NCBI GenBank assembly: GCA_020248985.1
Contig: JADCGL010000013.1
Span: 144,654 to 208,653 of the forward strand
Source: Telmatospirillum sp.
GTDB lineage: Bacteria > Pseudomonadota > Alphaproteobacteria > CACIAM-22H2
Direction: 5' to 3'
DNA: 64,000 bases
Shown piece after piece: positions 27,286-36,174 of the stretch. Below the pieces are notes generated by a model, which saw only the letters and a program-made list of their open reading frames with translations, did no database searches and had not been told where the DNA came from. The position numbers and the translations under genes were made by a program. The stretch's first letter is position 1, and each line of letters begins with the position of its first letter.

Positions 27286-28774
27286 AGCGAAGCGCACCGA
27301 CAGCGCAGGTGATTTTACCGCAACGGCCCTTACGGGAGCATTTCGGCGCCGCGAGATATCCGCCGTCGAACTGGTGAACGATGCATTATCGCGTATCGCG
27401 GCGACCGACGGCATGCTGCATGCGTTCTGCACGCTCGACGAGGACGGCGCACTTGTACAAGCGCAAGCCCTCGACGCGCGCCGGGCGGCCGGAGATACGC
27501 TTGGGCCGCTCGCCGGCGTGCCGGTCGCGATCAAAGATCTAATCGCCACACGCGGCCTGCGCACGACCTTCGGTTCGCCGCTCTATGCCGATTTCGTACC
27601 CGATGAGGACGACATCGTCGTTGAACGCCTGAAGGCGGCGGGCGCTATCGTTGTCGGCAAGACCAACAGTTCCGAATTCGGCTATGGCGCTGTCGGGCAC
27701 AACGCGCTGTTCGCGACAACACGCAATCCTTGGAATGCCGCTCTTACACCGGGCGGATCAAGTGCCGGCACGGCTGCAGCCGTCGCTGCACGCATGGTGC
27801 CGCTGGGGCTTGGCAGCGACGGCGGCGGTTCGATCCGCATTCCAGCCGCCTTGTGCGGCCTCATTGGCATGAAGGCTTCGTGGGGCCGCGTGCCGCTCTA
27901 TCCGGGCTGCCGCGATGCGCGCCTGCCGGGCGCTTCGGGCTGGGAGTCGCTTGAGCATATCGGGCCGCTCGCCGCCAATGTCGCCGACGTGGCGCTGGCA
28001 CTCACGGTCCTCGCGGGCCCTGATCCGCGCGATCGCCATTCGTTACCTGCCGAGCCGGGCGCATTCGCTGTCGCAGCCCCCGAGACGTTACGGCGCACCC
28101 GTGCCGTTTTCAGCCGCACGCTCGGCTTTGCCGCGGTTGATCGCGAGGTGGCCGAAATTGCCGCACAGGCGGCACGGCGCTTTGCGGCGGCACTCGACCT
28201 CGATTATACCGAAGGCGATCCGTCGATCGAAGACCCGCAGATCTGCTTCGAAGCGCTCGTCGCACTCGATACGGATCGTGCGGGTTTGCTTCTGCTTGCG
28301 GCGGCAAGGCAGCATCGTTTTGCGGGACCGCTTCAAAGGTTGCTCGAACAAGAATGGACGGCCGAAGATTTTACGGCGGCGATCCTGGCACGCAAGCGCA
28401 TTGCCAATGCGATGGCGCGTTTCATGGGCATTCACGAGTTTCTGCTGACGCCTGCGACCGCGAGCGCCGCATTCCCGGTCGACAGCGAAGGGCCCAATGC
28501 GATCAATGGAACGCCGATTTCGCCTGGGGACTGGACGCCGTTCACCGCTCTTGCGAATCTCACGGGTCAGCCGGCCGCCGCATTGCCTGCCGGCGTCACG
28601 CAGGACGGTCGACCCGTGGGCCTGCAGATCGTCGGTCGGCATTTGGCCGATGCGCGCGTTTTGACTGCGTGCGCGGCCTACGAGAGCGTCTTGCCATGGG
28701 CGCATCGGGTGCCTTTAATTGCAGCGAGGGCCGACGCCGCGTCGGCGTTTGGGATCGAACAGCAATCCGCATGA
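27278..28774 (+). CDS. amidase (amidase-signature family)
   Basis: GGSSAGTAAAVAA / GSDGGGSIRIPA signature. Putative GTG start overlapping the GlcG stop (VAEAKRTDSAGDFTATALTGAFRRREISAVEL); start uncertain. Confidence 0.8.
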   Translation: MAEAKRTDSAGDFTATALTGAFRRREISAVELVNDALSRIAATDGMLHAFCTLDEDGALVQAQALDARRAAGDTLGPLAGVPVAIKDLIATRGLRTTFGSPLYADFVPDEDDIVVERLKAAGAIVVGKTNSSEFGYGAVGHNALFATTRNPWNAALTPGGSSAGTAAAVAARMVPLGLGSDGGGSIRIPAALCGLIGMKASWGRVPLYPGCRDARLPGASGWESLEHIGPLAANVADVALALTVLAGPDPRDRHSLPAEPGAFAVAAPETLRRTRAVFSRTLGFAAVDREVAEIAAQAARRFAAALDLDYTEGDPSIEDPQICFEALVALDTDRAGLLLLAAARQHRFAGPLQRLLEQEWTAEDFTAAILARKRIANAMARFMGIHEFLLTPATASAAFPVDSEGPNAINGTPISPGDWTPFTALANLTGQPAAALPAGVTQDGRPVGLQIVGRHLADARVLTACAAYESVLPWAHRVPLIAARADAASAFGIEQQSA

Positions 28775-29379
28775 CGAAGAACACGAAGCCGCCGAAAGAA
28801 GCGCCAAACGGCACCAGTCGCGATCTGCAGATCGGCGCACGCGTTCGGCATGCGCGCATTCTTGCCGGGATCCGCATGCGAGAGCTGGCGGAGAAGATCG
28901 GCTGCGCGGAAAGTTCGATTTCGAAGATCGAAAGTGGGCGTGTGGTGCCGTCCGTGCCGATGCTGCAGCGCATCGTCGAGGCGCTAGGCCGCGATCTTTC
29001 TTCCTTTTTCGGGGCCGATTTGACGGCCCCGGGCATTATCCAGCGCGCAGGGCAACGCGTGGTGACCAAAACCGATCCGATCCGCGACGGTAAGGGCATC
29101 AGCTACGAACGGATGGTGTCGTTCGGCCACGGCAATCTGCTCGAGGCGAACATCCATGTCGTCGAGCCGGGCGGCGGGCGAGTTGATCGCGTCACTCATC
29201 AGGGCGAAACGCTTGGCTACGTGATCGAAGGATCGATCGAATTGACGATCGAAGAAACGCCCTATCTGCTCACGGCGGGTGACTCGTTCTCATACAAGAA
29301 CCATCTGACGAGCCGCTATCGCAACCCGGGCGCGACGACGGCGCGGGTACTCTGGGTCAATACGCCGCAAGTCCATTGA
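28771..29379 (+). CDS. XRE-family HTH regulator with C-terminal cupin domain (PuuR-like)
   Basis: Start MTKNTKPP overlaps the amidase stop (ATGA). HTH_XRE (QIGARVRHARILAGIRMRELAEKIGCAESSISKIESGRVVP) plus cupin_2. Confidence 0.75.
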   Translation: MTKNTKPPKEAPNGTSRDLQIGARVRHARILAGIRMRELAEKIGCAESSISKIESGRVVPSVPMLQRIVEALGRDLSSFFGADLTAPGIIQRAGQRVVTKTDPIRDGKGISYERMVSFGHGNLLEANIHVVEPGGGRVDRVTHQGETLGYVIEGSIELTIEETPYLLTAGDSFSYKNHLTSRYRNPGATTARVLWVNTPQVH

Positions 29380-29404
29380 TGCAGCGCGGCCGCCGCATCG
29401 GCGA

Positions 29405-30436
29405 TCACGCAAGGTCTGGGGCCATGATGCGGCCGTTTTCGATGATCGGTGTGCCGTCGAGTGCCAGATCGGCGCCGAGCAGGCAGAGCCCCATATGAAG
29501 GTTTGAGCGGTTCTGCCCGCCGAAAAGCACGTCGTCGTTTGAGCCGATCTCGACTTGCACGCTGCCTAGAAAGGCTTCGTTGTCGGCACCGCCGCCGCCT
29601 TGGTCAGGCGTGTCGAGGATCGGGGCGAGCCACTTGGCGCGCGGATCGACGCCCCAGGCCATGTGGCCCGCCATGTAAGCCGATGGCTCGCCCGCGGCTT
29701 CGATCGCGTGGCGCAGCAGGCGCGCATCGAGCCCGCCTTCGATCGCGCATACGCGACCCTCCTTGAACGTGATCGCAACCGGGCTTTCGACAAAGCGGGC
29801 AAGCATGAAGCATACGTCGCCCACATCGAGCACGAGCCGCCCGTGCGTCGTTCCTTCGCGCAAAGCCGCTTGGACCATGCCGCCGCCCCAGAAATCGAGA
29901 TGGCCCGGGTGATCGGCGGCACCGTAGGTGGCGAGGCCGCGCCTGCCTTCCTTGTTCAACGTGAGGTCCGTTCCGGCGCGCGACGTGATTCGGATGATCT
30001 TTGCGCGATCGAGGCGTGCTGCACCGGCAAGCGCGCGGCGGCGCACCTCGGCTTCTGCATTGAGGCGCTGCAGCACATGGATGGGCTGCATGACGCATAA
30101 GACCCGCGCGCCGGCATTGAGGGCAGCTTTGATCTCGGGGCGATAATGGAGCGTGAAGGCGGTCATATAGACGATGAGATCGGCTCGCGCGCAAACGGCC
30201 GAGAGTGCTTTTGCCGGCACCGGTGCGCTTGCGGCGAACGTCGTCAGGCTCGTTTCCGCACCGAGCGCGCGGCATGCGCCCATCGCCGCGGCGGCGTAGA
30301 CGGGGTTCCAGGCCGTATCCGTGATCAGCGCGCAAAACTCGCCTTGTTTGAGGCGGCAAGAATCGAATTGGCGCGTGAAGAGTTCGACGAGGTCGGTTGC
30401 GGCCAAGGCGGTCGAAAAGCTGCGGGCGTAGGGCAT
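29405..30436 (-). CDS. M29 aminopeptidase-T superfamily protein (NicX/2,5-dihydroxypyridine-dioxygenase-like)
   Basis: Start MPYARSF inside track ORF 29405..30739. C-terminal motifs (LVLDVGD, HMAWGVDPRAKW) resemble the AmpS/NicX fold. Assignment is from recall only. Confidence 0.5.
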   Translation of the reverse strand: MPYARSFSTALAATDLVELFTRQFDSCRLKQGEFCALITDTAWNPVYAAAAMGACRALGAETSLTTFAASAPVPAKALSAVCARADLIVYMTAFTLHYRPEIKAALNAGARVLCVMQPIHVLQRLNAEAEVRRRALAGAARLDRAKIIRITSRAGTDLTLNKEGRRGLATYGAADHPGHLDFWGGGMVQAALREGTTHGRLVLDVGDVCFMLARFVESPVAITFKEGRVCAIEGGLDARLLRHAIEAAGEPSAYMAGHMAWGVDPRAKWLAPILDTPDQGGGGADNEAFLGSVQVEIGSNDDVLFGGQNRSNLHMGLCLLGADLALDGTPIIENGRIMAPDLA

Positions 30437-30582
30437 CGGATCCTGCGTCGAGGGGGCGAAGAGAACAATCAGTAGCATTCCCGCGCGTGGCGGGTAAACG
30501 ACGGCGGCTGCGTAGTTTCCGGCTCTCCCGCTACAGAGGCACAACGACGAGCATCGCGTTTTGCGTGTTTGAAGGGACTTGA

Positions 30583-32394
30583 ATGTCGAGACGTGTCTTG
30601 CGATGGGTTTTGCTCCGTGGCCTTGTGGCCGTCGTTTTTGTCGTCGTGCTGCTGGCGGCTCTTGCTTTCGTCTATCCGCGTGCGGTTGTCGAGACGGTGC
30701 TTGCTCGATCGCTCGGGCGATCGGTGTCGATCGGCGCATTGGAGATCGAGTTGGGTTCGACCATTGCAGTTCGCCTGCAAGCGCTTATGATCGCAAGCAG
30801 TGCCGATCTTCCTTTGGAGGCGCTTCTGTCGGTCGGTGCCATCGATGCGCGGATCGACGGCGCGCAGTTGCTTCGCGGCACGCTGGCGTTCCGCGGTCTC
30901 GCCATCGACAAGGCAGTGCTTGCGCTCGCGCGCGACAGCCAGGGACTCGGCAACTGGCGATTTGCACCGCGTGCGATTTTGCCAGCGGCGAACGGTCGCG
31001 CGCAGATACCCGATCTCGGCGAATTCACGCTGGCCGACAGTACCGTGCGCTACCGCACGAGCAGCGGCCCCTTGCTCGTCGTTGCATTGGACGCAATGCG
31101 CCTGAGCGCCGAGGGTTCGACTGGGCCCGTCGAGATCGCGCTTGCTGGCAGCTATCAGGGGCACAAGGCGATACTCGCGGCCTCTGCAGGTTCGTTCGAT
31201 GCTTTGCGCGATGCGGCGCGCCCCTATGCGATGTCGCTGCAACTGACTGCGCCGCAGCTTCGCCTCGCGTTCGACGGCACGCTTGTCGATCCGCTCGATC
31301 TCGACGGCGCGGTCGGCCATTTGACTTTTGCGGCCGAACATCTCGCCGCACTGCAAGCCTTTGTCGATGTCGATGCAACGCTCGCCGCCGCATTGCAAAT
31401 CGAGGCTCGGGCGAACCGGCATGGCGACGTCTGGAGCCTTGAGGCGGTGCAGGGCCACGTCGCTGGCACGCGCGTCCAAGCAAAGTACCTGACGCTCCTT
31501 GAAGGACCGCGCGGCGGCAGCGATACGGTGACGGCCGATGTCGCGTTCGACGAACTCGATTTGGACACGCTCTTTTTGCGGACCGGCCGCGATTCTATGG
31601 GCTTTCGGCCCGACAGGGCCACCGATGCGATTCGAACCGATCTTCGCTTTGTCATTGGATTGCTGCGCTACGACAAGGTCGAATTGCTGCGCGACGTGCG
31701 GCTGAGAACCATCGGTGGCCCCGGCATTCTTGCACTCCGCGAGGGCGCCGCCTCCTTCGGAGGTGGCGCTTTGACGTTCGGCGGTAGAGTGCAGGCGACG
31801 GGCGAGCGCGACAGCAATGTTCGTTTGCAGGCACGACTGAAGGGCGCGCTGGCGGAGCGGCTGGCAGCCCTTGCCGTCGGCAGCGGGGATATTGGGCCAC
31901 CGCCGATACGTGGCCTTCTCGATGCCGCTCTGGATCTGCAGATGTCCGGAGCGAACATCGATGCGTTGCTGCGGCGCAGCCAAATGGAAATGGCCGTCGC
32001 CTTGAAGAGCGGCACTATCGACCGGAAACTCGTCGAGGCGGCATCGACGGATCTGCGGGCGTTCTTCCGCGGACCCGATTCGACGATGGCGCTCGAGTGT
32101 CTTTTTGGCGTTGCGACGTTGAAGGACGGCGTCGGCGCACTTGCTCCGGTGCGGCTGCGTGCAGCAGAAGGACGATTTGCGGCCGACGGTTCCTTCGATC
32201 CGGTGCGGCTTGCGTTCGACATTCTTGTGTTGTCGGATCCGACCGCGAGCGGTTCGCTGGCAGTAGACGCGCCGCTGCGACTCCAAGGCACACCCGGACG
32301 GATGACGGTGGTGCCGGCACCTGGGGGCCGTATCGGGCCGACATCTTTGCCTTCGATCGCGACAGACTTCGCCATCGGGAACCCATGTCGATAG
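30583..32394 (+). CDS. AsmA family outer-membrane biogenesis protein
   Basis: N-terminal TM anchor (VLLRGLVAVVFVVVLLAALAFVY) followed by a long periplasmic Ala/Leu/Gly-rich domain, AsmA-like. RBS GAAGGGA. Third-position GC is lower than in neighbours. Confidence 0.6.
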   Translation: MSRRVLRWVLLRGLVAVVFVVVLLAALAFVYPRAVVETVLARSLGRSVSIGALEIELGSTIAVRLQALMIASSADLPLEALLSVGAIDARIDGAQLLRGTLAFRGLAIDKAVLALARDSQGLGNWRFAPRAILPAANGRAQIPDLGEFTLADSTVRYRTSSGPLLVVALDAMRLSAEGSTGPVEIALAGSYQGHKAILAASAGSFDALRDAARPYAMSLQLTAPQLRLAFDGTLVDPLDLDGAVGHLTFAAEHLAALQAFVDVDATLAAALQIEARANRHGDVWSLEAVQGHVAGTRVQAKYLTLLEGPRGGSDTVTADVAFDELDLDTLFLRTGRDSMGFRPDRATDAIRTDLRFVIGLLRYDKVELLRDVRLRTIGGPGILALREGAASFGGGALTFGGRVQATGERDSNVRLQARLKGALAERLAALAVGSGDIGPPPIRGLLDAALDLQMSGANIDALLRRSQMEMAVALKSGTIDRKLVEAASTDLRAFFRGPDSTMALECLFGVATLKDGVGALAPVRLRAAEGRFAADGSFDPVRLAFDILVLSDPTASGSLAVDAPLRLQGTPGRMTVVPAPGGRIGPTSLPSIATDFAIGNPCR

Positions 32395-32606
32395 CTGTTC
32401 TGAAGCATTTCGTGCATTGCGTGAGAAGCCGGCACGCGCGCATGCGAACGATTCGCGCTGCCCGATCTATGGACAAGGTCAATGCATTCAAATATACAAA
32501 TTCCACTCTGCGACTGCGAATTTCATGCGCGCTTCGAATGGTTCCAAGCTGCGGCTTTCTTGGACATCGCCGCGCGCTTTGAGGACGACGACGAGAGAAT
32601 CCCCGT

Positions 32607-33335
32607 ATGACGACGGCGCGCGTGCAGGTCCAAGACGCTTTCGACGATTTCCCGCTTCCCCAGCGCGCGTCGCTCGCGACCGCAATCGCGGACTCGGTGG
32701 CCGAGGCCATCGCAACCGGCCATCTTGAACCTGGCGAACGCGTGATCGAAACCGCACTTGCCGAGCGTTTCGGCGTCAGCCGCGTGCCGATCCGCGAGGC
32801 GCTGAAGGTTCTGCATGCGCAGGGTATTCTTTCGGGCGGCGGGCATCGCGGCTATCGCGTGGCCGCGTTCGATCTCAAGACGATCGACAAGGTCTTCGAG
32901 GTGCGGCTGGCGCTGGAAGCGTTCTTGCTGCGCGACGCTGTCGAGCGCTGGCGCAGCGGCGAGGCGAACATTGCCGAACTCGATGCGGCGATCAAACACA
33001 TGGATGCGGCCGCGCGCGCCGACGACCGTCGCGCTTCGCTGCGCGCCGACGTCGAGTTCCACCGCACGATCTGCCGCGCTTCGGGAAATCTTATTTCATC
33101 GACGCTGTGGGAAGCCATCGCGCGGCATGTGCTGATCATTTTCAGCCTTGAGGCCTATCGCGACAGCAATCTTTTCGCGATCGCCGACCAGCATCGCGCG
33201 TTCCGAGATTTCATCGCCTCGACCCTGACGATGCGCAAGGCGCTTACGGTCGAAGATTGCCGTTTGGCGCTCGAAGACCATATCCTGCTCGTAGCGCGCG
33301 CCAAGCGCCTCAAGAAGAGCGGCGCGAAGGCCTAA
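32607..33335 (+). CDS. GntR family transcriptional regulator (FadR/FCD subfamily)
   Basis: N-terminal wHTH (GERVIETALAERFGVSRVPIREALKVLHAQGIL) plus C-terminal FCD domain. Confidence 0.8.
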   Translation: MTTARVQVQDAFDDFPLPQRASLATAIADSVAEAIATGHLEPGERVIETALAERFGVSRVPIREALKVLHAQGILSGGGHRGYRVAAFDLKTIDKVFEVRLALEAFLLRDAVERWRSGEANIAELDAAIKHMDAAARADDRRASLRADVEFHRTICRASGNLISSTLWEAIARHVLIIFSLEAYRDSNLFAIADQHRAFRDFIASTLTMRKALTVEDCRLALEDHILLVARAKRLKKSGAKA

Positions 33336-33355
33336 TCGGTAGCAATGGCAGCGAC

Positions 33356-34240
33356 GTGAACCCGGGAACGCGTCCGAAGGCCTTCTTCCTCGCATTTGCC
33401 GCCATCACGCTGTTTTCGCTCGAGGCTGCCTTCGCGCGCGCGATCGGACCGGGCATCGATTTGGCTCAAGTCGGCGTCGTGCGCGCCTTCGTCCAGCTTG
33501 CGTTTCTTTGGCTATGGCTGGGGCGGCACCTCGGCACGGCATTCGCCACGCAACGCGCGCGCATGCATGTCGGGCGCGGACTTCTCAGCGTTGCGGGCCT
33601 TGCCGCTTATTTCTACGTCTTCGCAAATATGCCGATGGCGAACGCGACCGTATTGTCCTTTGCGGGCGTGCTTGTGACGACGGTCGCGGCACAGATCGTT
33701 CTGCGCGAAGCGGTGGGGTGGCGGCGCTGGTCGGCGACGATAGCAGGGTTCGCCGGCGTTCTCGTCGTGCTGCGTGCTGGGGCCACACCTTTCGACTTCG
33801 TGCTGCTTGCCGGCATCTATATGGCCGCGAACGGTGCCGCCATCAATCTTGCGACCAAAGGTCTCACGCGCACCGAGCCAACGCAGACGATCATGGCGTG
33901 GATTTCGTTGACCACGCTTGCTGTCGCCCTGCCGGTCGCCGTCGCGACCTTCACGCCGCCGACCGCGCGCGATCTGGCGTTGATGGTCGGCATCGGCCTT
34001 GCCGGCACGATCGGCCAGTACGGTGTGATCTCGGCTTACCGACTCGCGGATGTTTCGGCGATCGCACCTGTCCTCTATATGCGCATCGTCGTAGCGAGCG
34101 CGATCGGCTATGTCGCGTTTTCCGAGACGATCGACCTGCTGACCGTCTTGGGTGCAGCGACGGTGACGGTGAGCGCACTCTATATCTCGCGCCACGAAGC
34201 CAAGCTCGCGCGGGACCGCTCGCCTACCGCAGCGACATAG
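33356..34240 (+). CDS. DMT-family (EamA) transporter
   Basis: Ten-TM hydrophobic protein with EamA-like repeats. Start assigned to in-frame GTG 33356 just after the GntR stop (no earlier ATG); start uncertain. Confidence 0.65.
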   Translation: MNPGTRPKAFFLAFAAITLFSLEAAFARAIGPGIDLAQVGVVRAFVQLAFLWLWLGRHLGTAFATQRARMHVGRGLLSVAGLAAYFYVFANMPMANATVLSFAGVLVTTVAAQIVLREAVGWRRWSATIAGFAGVLVVLRAGATPFDFVLLAGIYMAANGAAINLATKGLTRTEPTQTIMAWISLTTLAVALPVAVATFTPPTARDLALMVGIGLAGTIGQYGVISAYRLADVSAIAPVLYMRIVVASAIGYVAFSETIDLLTVLGAATVTVSALYISRHEAKLARDRSPTAAT

Positions 34241-35363
34241 CCTCAGCACGGACCGCATCGGCGACTTCGGCGATCTCGCTGTCGTCGAGATGCGGCCCGA
34301 TCGGCAAACCGAGCAGGCGACTGCAGGAACGCTCTGTGACTAGGAGCGCGCCTTCGCGAAGATCCTTGTCGGCGTAGATCGGCTGTAGATGCATCGGCGG
34401 CGCATAGGACAAAGCGGTGCCGATACCGCGGCGCCTGAGGCCTTCGCGCAGCTCGTCGCGCGCATCGTGGTGGATCACGTAGTTGCGAAAGGCATGGCGC
34501 ATGCCTGGGCGCACGGTGGGCACTTTGGTCACGTCGCCGAACGCCGCCGCGTACAGTGCCGCTTGTCGATTGCGCGCATCAAGGCTTGCGGGCACATCGG
34601 TGAGTTTGACGCGCAGCACGGCGGCTTGAATTTCGTCCATGCGCTCGTTGAGGCCTTCGGTCTCGTGATGGAGCGGGGGCGGGGTGGCGCCGATCGCGCG
34701 ATGTCGCGCGCGATCTTGTCCGTAGGATGAGATTTTGCGGATGCGATCGGCGAGTGAAGCGTCGCCGACCACGCACGCACCGCCCGATCCAATCGAACCA
34801 AGGTGTTTGGTCGGCGCGAAGCTGAAACAGGTCACGTCGGCGAAGGTGCCAATCTTGCGGCCGTCGATCTCCGCCCCCAAGGCAAGGCATGCGTCTTCGA
34901 CGATCGCTAGGCCTTTGGCGCGCGCAAGGGCGGTCAGTTCGACCAACGAAGCCGGATGGCCGAACATGTCGACCGGCAAGATGGCGCGCGTACGCGGCGT
35001 GATAGCGGCTTCGGCTTGGTCCACGTTCATGCACAGCGTTTGTGGATCGATATCGACCCACACGCTTGTGGCGCCCGTGAAATGGATGGCCGAGATCGTG
35101 CCGATATCGGTGTTCGAAACCGTGATCACCTCGTCGCCGGGGCCAATACCCAAGGCCAGCAGTGCTATCTTCAGCGCTGCCGTTCCCGAATTGACGGTGA
35201 CGGCATGCGCCCCGCCGACATAGGCCGCGAATTCCGCCTCGAAGGCGGGCACGTTGTCGCCCCAATCGAGGCGACCACTTTCCAGCACGCCGAAGATTGC
35301 CGCATCGATCTCGGCTTTGCGCCGCTGGTAGATGCGCGCGTGGTTGTAGAACGCGACCGCCAT
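34224..35363 (-). CDS. DegT/DnrJ/EryC1/StrS family PLP-dependent aminotransferase
   Basis: C-terminal 379 aa of track ORF 34224..35798 starting MAVAFYNHARIY. Upstream part of that ORF is Arg-rich junk. Confidence 0.8.
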   Translation of the reverse strand: MAVAFYNHARIYQRRKAEIDAAIFGVLESGRLDWGDNVPAFEAEFAAYVGGAHAVTVNSGTAALKIALLALGIGPGDEVITVSNTDIGTISAIHFTGATSVWVDIDPQTLCMNVDQAEAAITPRTRAILPVDMFGHPASLVELTALARAKGLAIVEDACLALGAEIDGRKIGTFADVTCFSFAPTKHLGSIGSGGACVVGDASLADRIRKISSYGQDRARHRAIGATPPPLHHETEGLNERMDEIQAAVLRVKLTDVPASLDARNRQAALYAAAFGDVTKVPTVRPGMRHAFRNYVIHHDARDELREGLRRRGIGTALSYAPPMHLQPIYADKDLREGALLVTERSCSRLLGLPIGPHLDDSEIAEVADAVRAEAMSLR

Positions 35364-35773
35364 CAGCGCGATCCTTTCGGCACATAGGCGATAACTTCGA
35401 CCTCGATGCGCACTTCGGGCGAGCCGAGCCCGGCGATCACGATGCCGGTATGCGGCGGGCGATGGTCGCCGAAGAAGGCGAGGCGTTCGGCCGTCACCGC
35501 ATCGCGGTCCGCGCGATCGACGAGGATGGTGTTGATCTTGACGACGTCGCGCGCGGTGGCCCCCACACTCGCAAGGCATTTTCCGATATTGACGTAGACT
35601 TGGCGGGCTTGGGCGCCGGCGTCGCCGAGACCGACCCAGTTGCCCGCCGCATCTTTCGCGATTTGGCCTGCGACGAAAACGAAATCGCCCGCACGACTGA
35701 CATGGCTGTAGGTGGTTGCCGGCGCCACACCGGGCGGGTCGATCAACTCGAAGCTTTTCTGCGTCTCGGCCAT
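35363..35773 (-). CDS. RidA/YjgF family (reactive enamine/imine deaminase)
   Basis: 136 aa, YjgF/chorismate-mutase-like fold; stop overlaps the aminotransferase start (ATGA). Confidence 0.75.
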   Translation of the reverse strand: MAETQKSFELIDPPGVAPATTYSHVSRAGDFVFVAGQIAKDAAGNWVGLGDAGAQARQVYVNIGKCLASVGATARDVVKINTILVDRADRDAVTAERLAFFGDHRPPHTGIVIAGLGSPEVRIEVEVIAYVPKGSR

Positions 35774-35775
35774 GA

Positions 35776-36174
35776 CTAGAGTCTCCTTCTGCCTGCATTG
35801 GTGTTGATCACACGCGCGACAAGTTCGGCATCGAACACGGGCGAGGGTTCGCGCGGGGCGCTATCGGCAAGGGCCGCAACAGCGGCGAGTACGCGCGGTG
35901 CCGTGTAGTAGGCTCGGTGTGCCGCGTGCAGCAGCTCGGCAAACGCCATCGGTGCCGCCTTTTCCCATGCCGCGATCGCGGGTGTGCGGTCGGTCGGTTC
36001 AAGGCCTTCTGTCGCTTCGCAAAGCGCTGAAAGCGTGTGCCGCAGGTCGGGCGCGCAATTCTCAAAGAAGTTCGTTGCGTCGACGGCAGCCGAGAAAGGA
36101 GGCCAGCGATTGCCGTCGCCCGGGATCAAGGCATCGAGCACGGCGCCGCCGTTCGCGTGCGGGTCACTCGACAT
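35776..36174 (-). CDS. hypothetical protein
   Basis: 132-aa ORF with native-like codon usage (MSSDPHANGGAVLDALIPGDG...), immediately upstream of RidA. The longer track ORF's N-terminus is low-complexity and antisense to the GMC gene. Start uncertain. Confidence 0.4.
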   Translation of the reverse strand: MSSDPHANGGAVLDALIPGDGNRWPPFSAAVDATNFFENCAPDLRHTLSALCEATEGLEPTDRTPAIAAWEKAAPMAFAELLHAAHRAYYTAPRVLAAVAALADSAPREPSPVFDAELVARVINTNAGRRRL

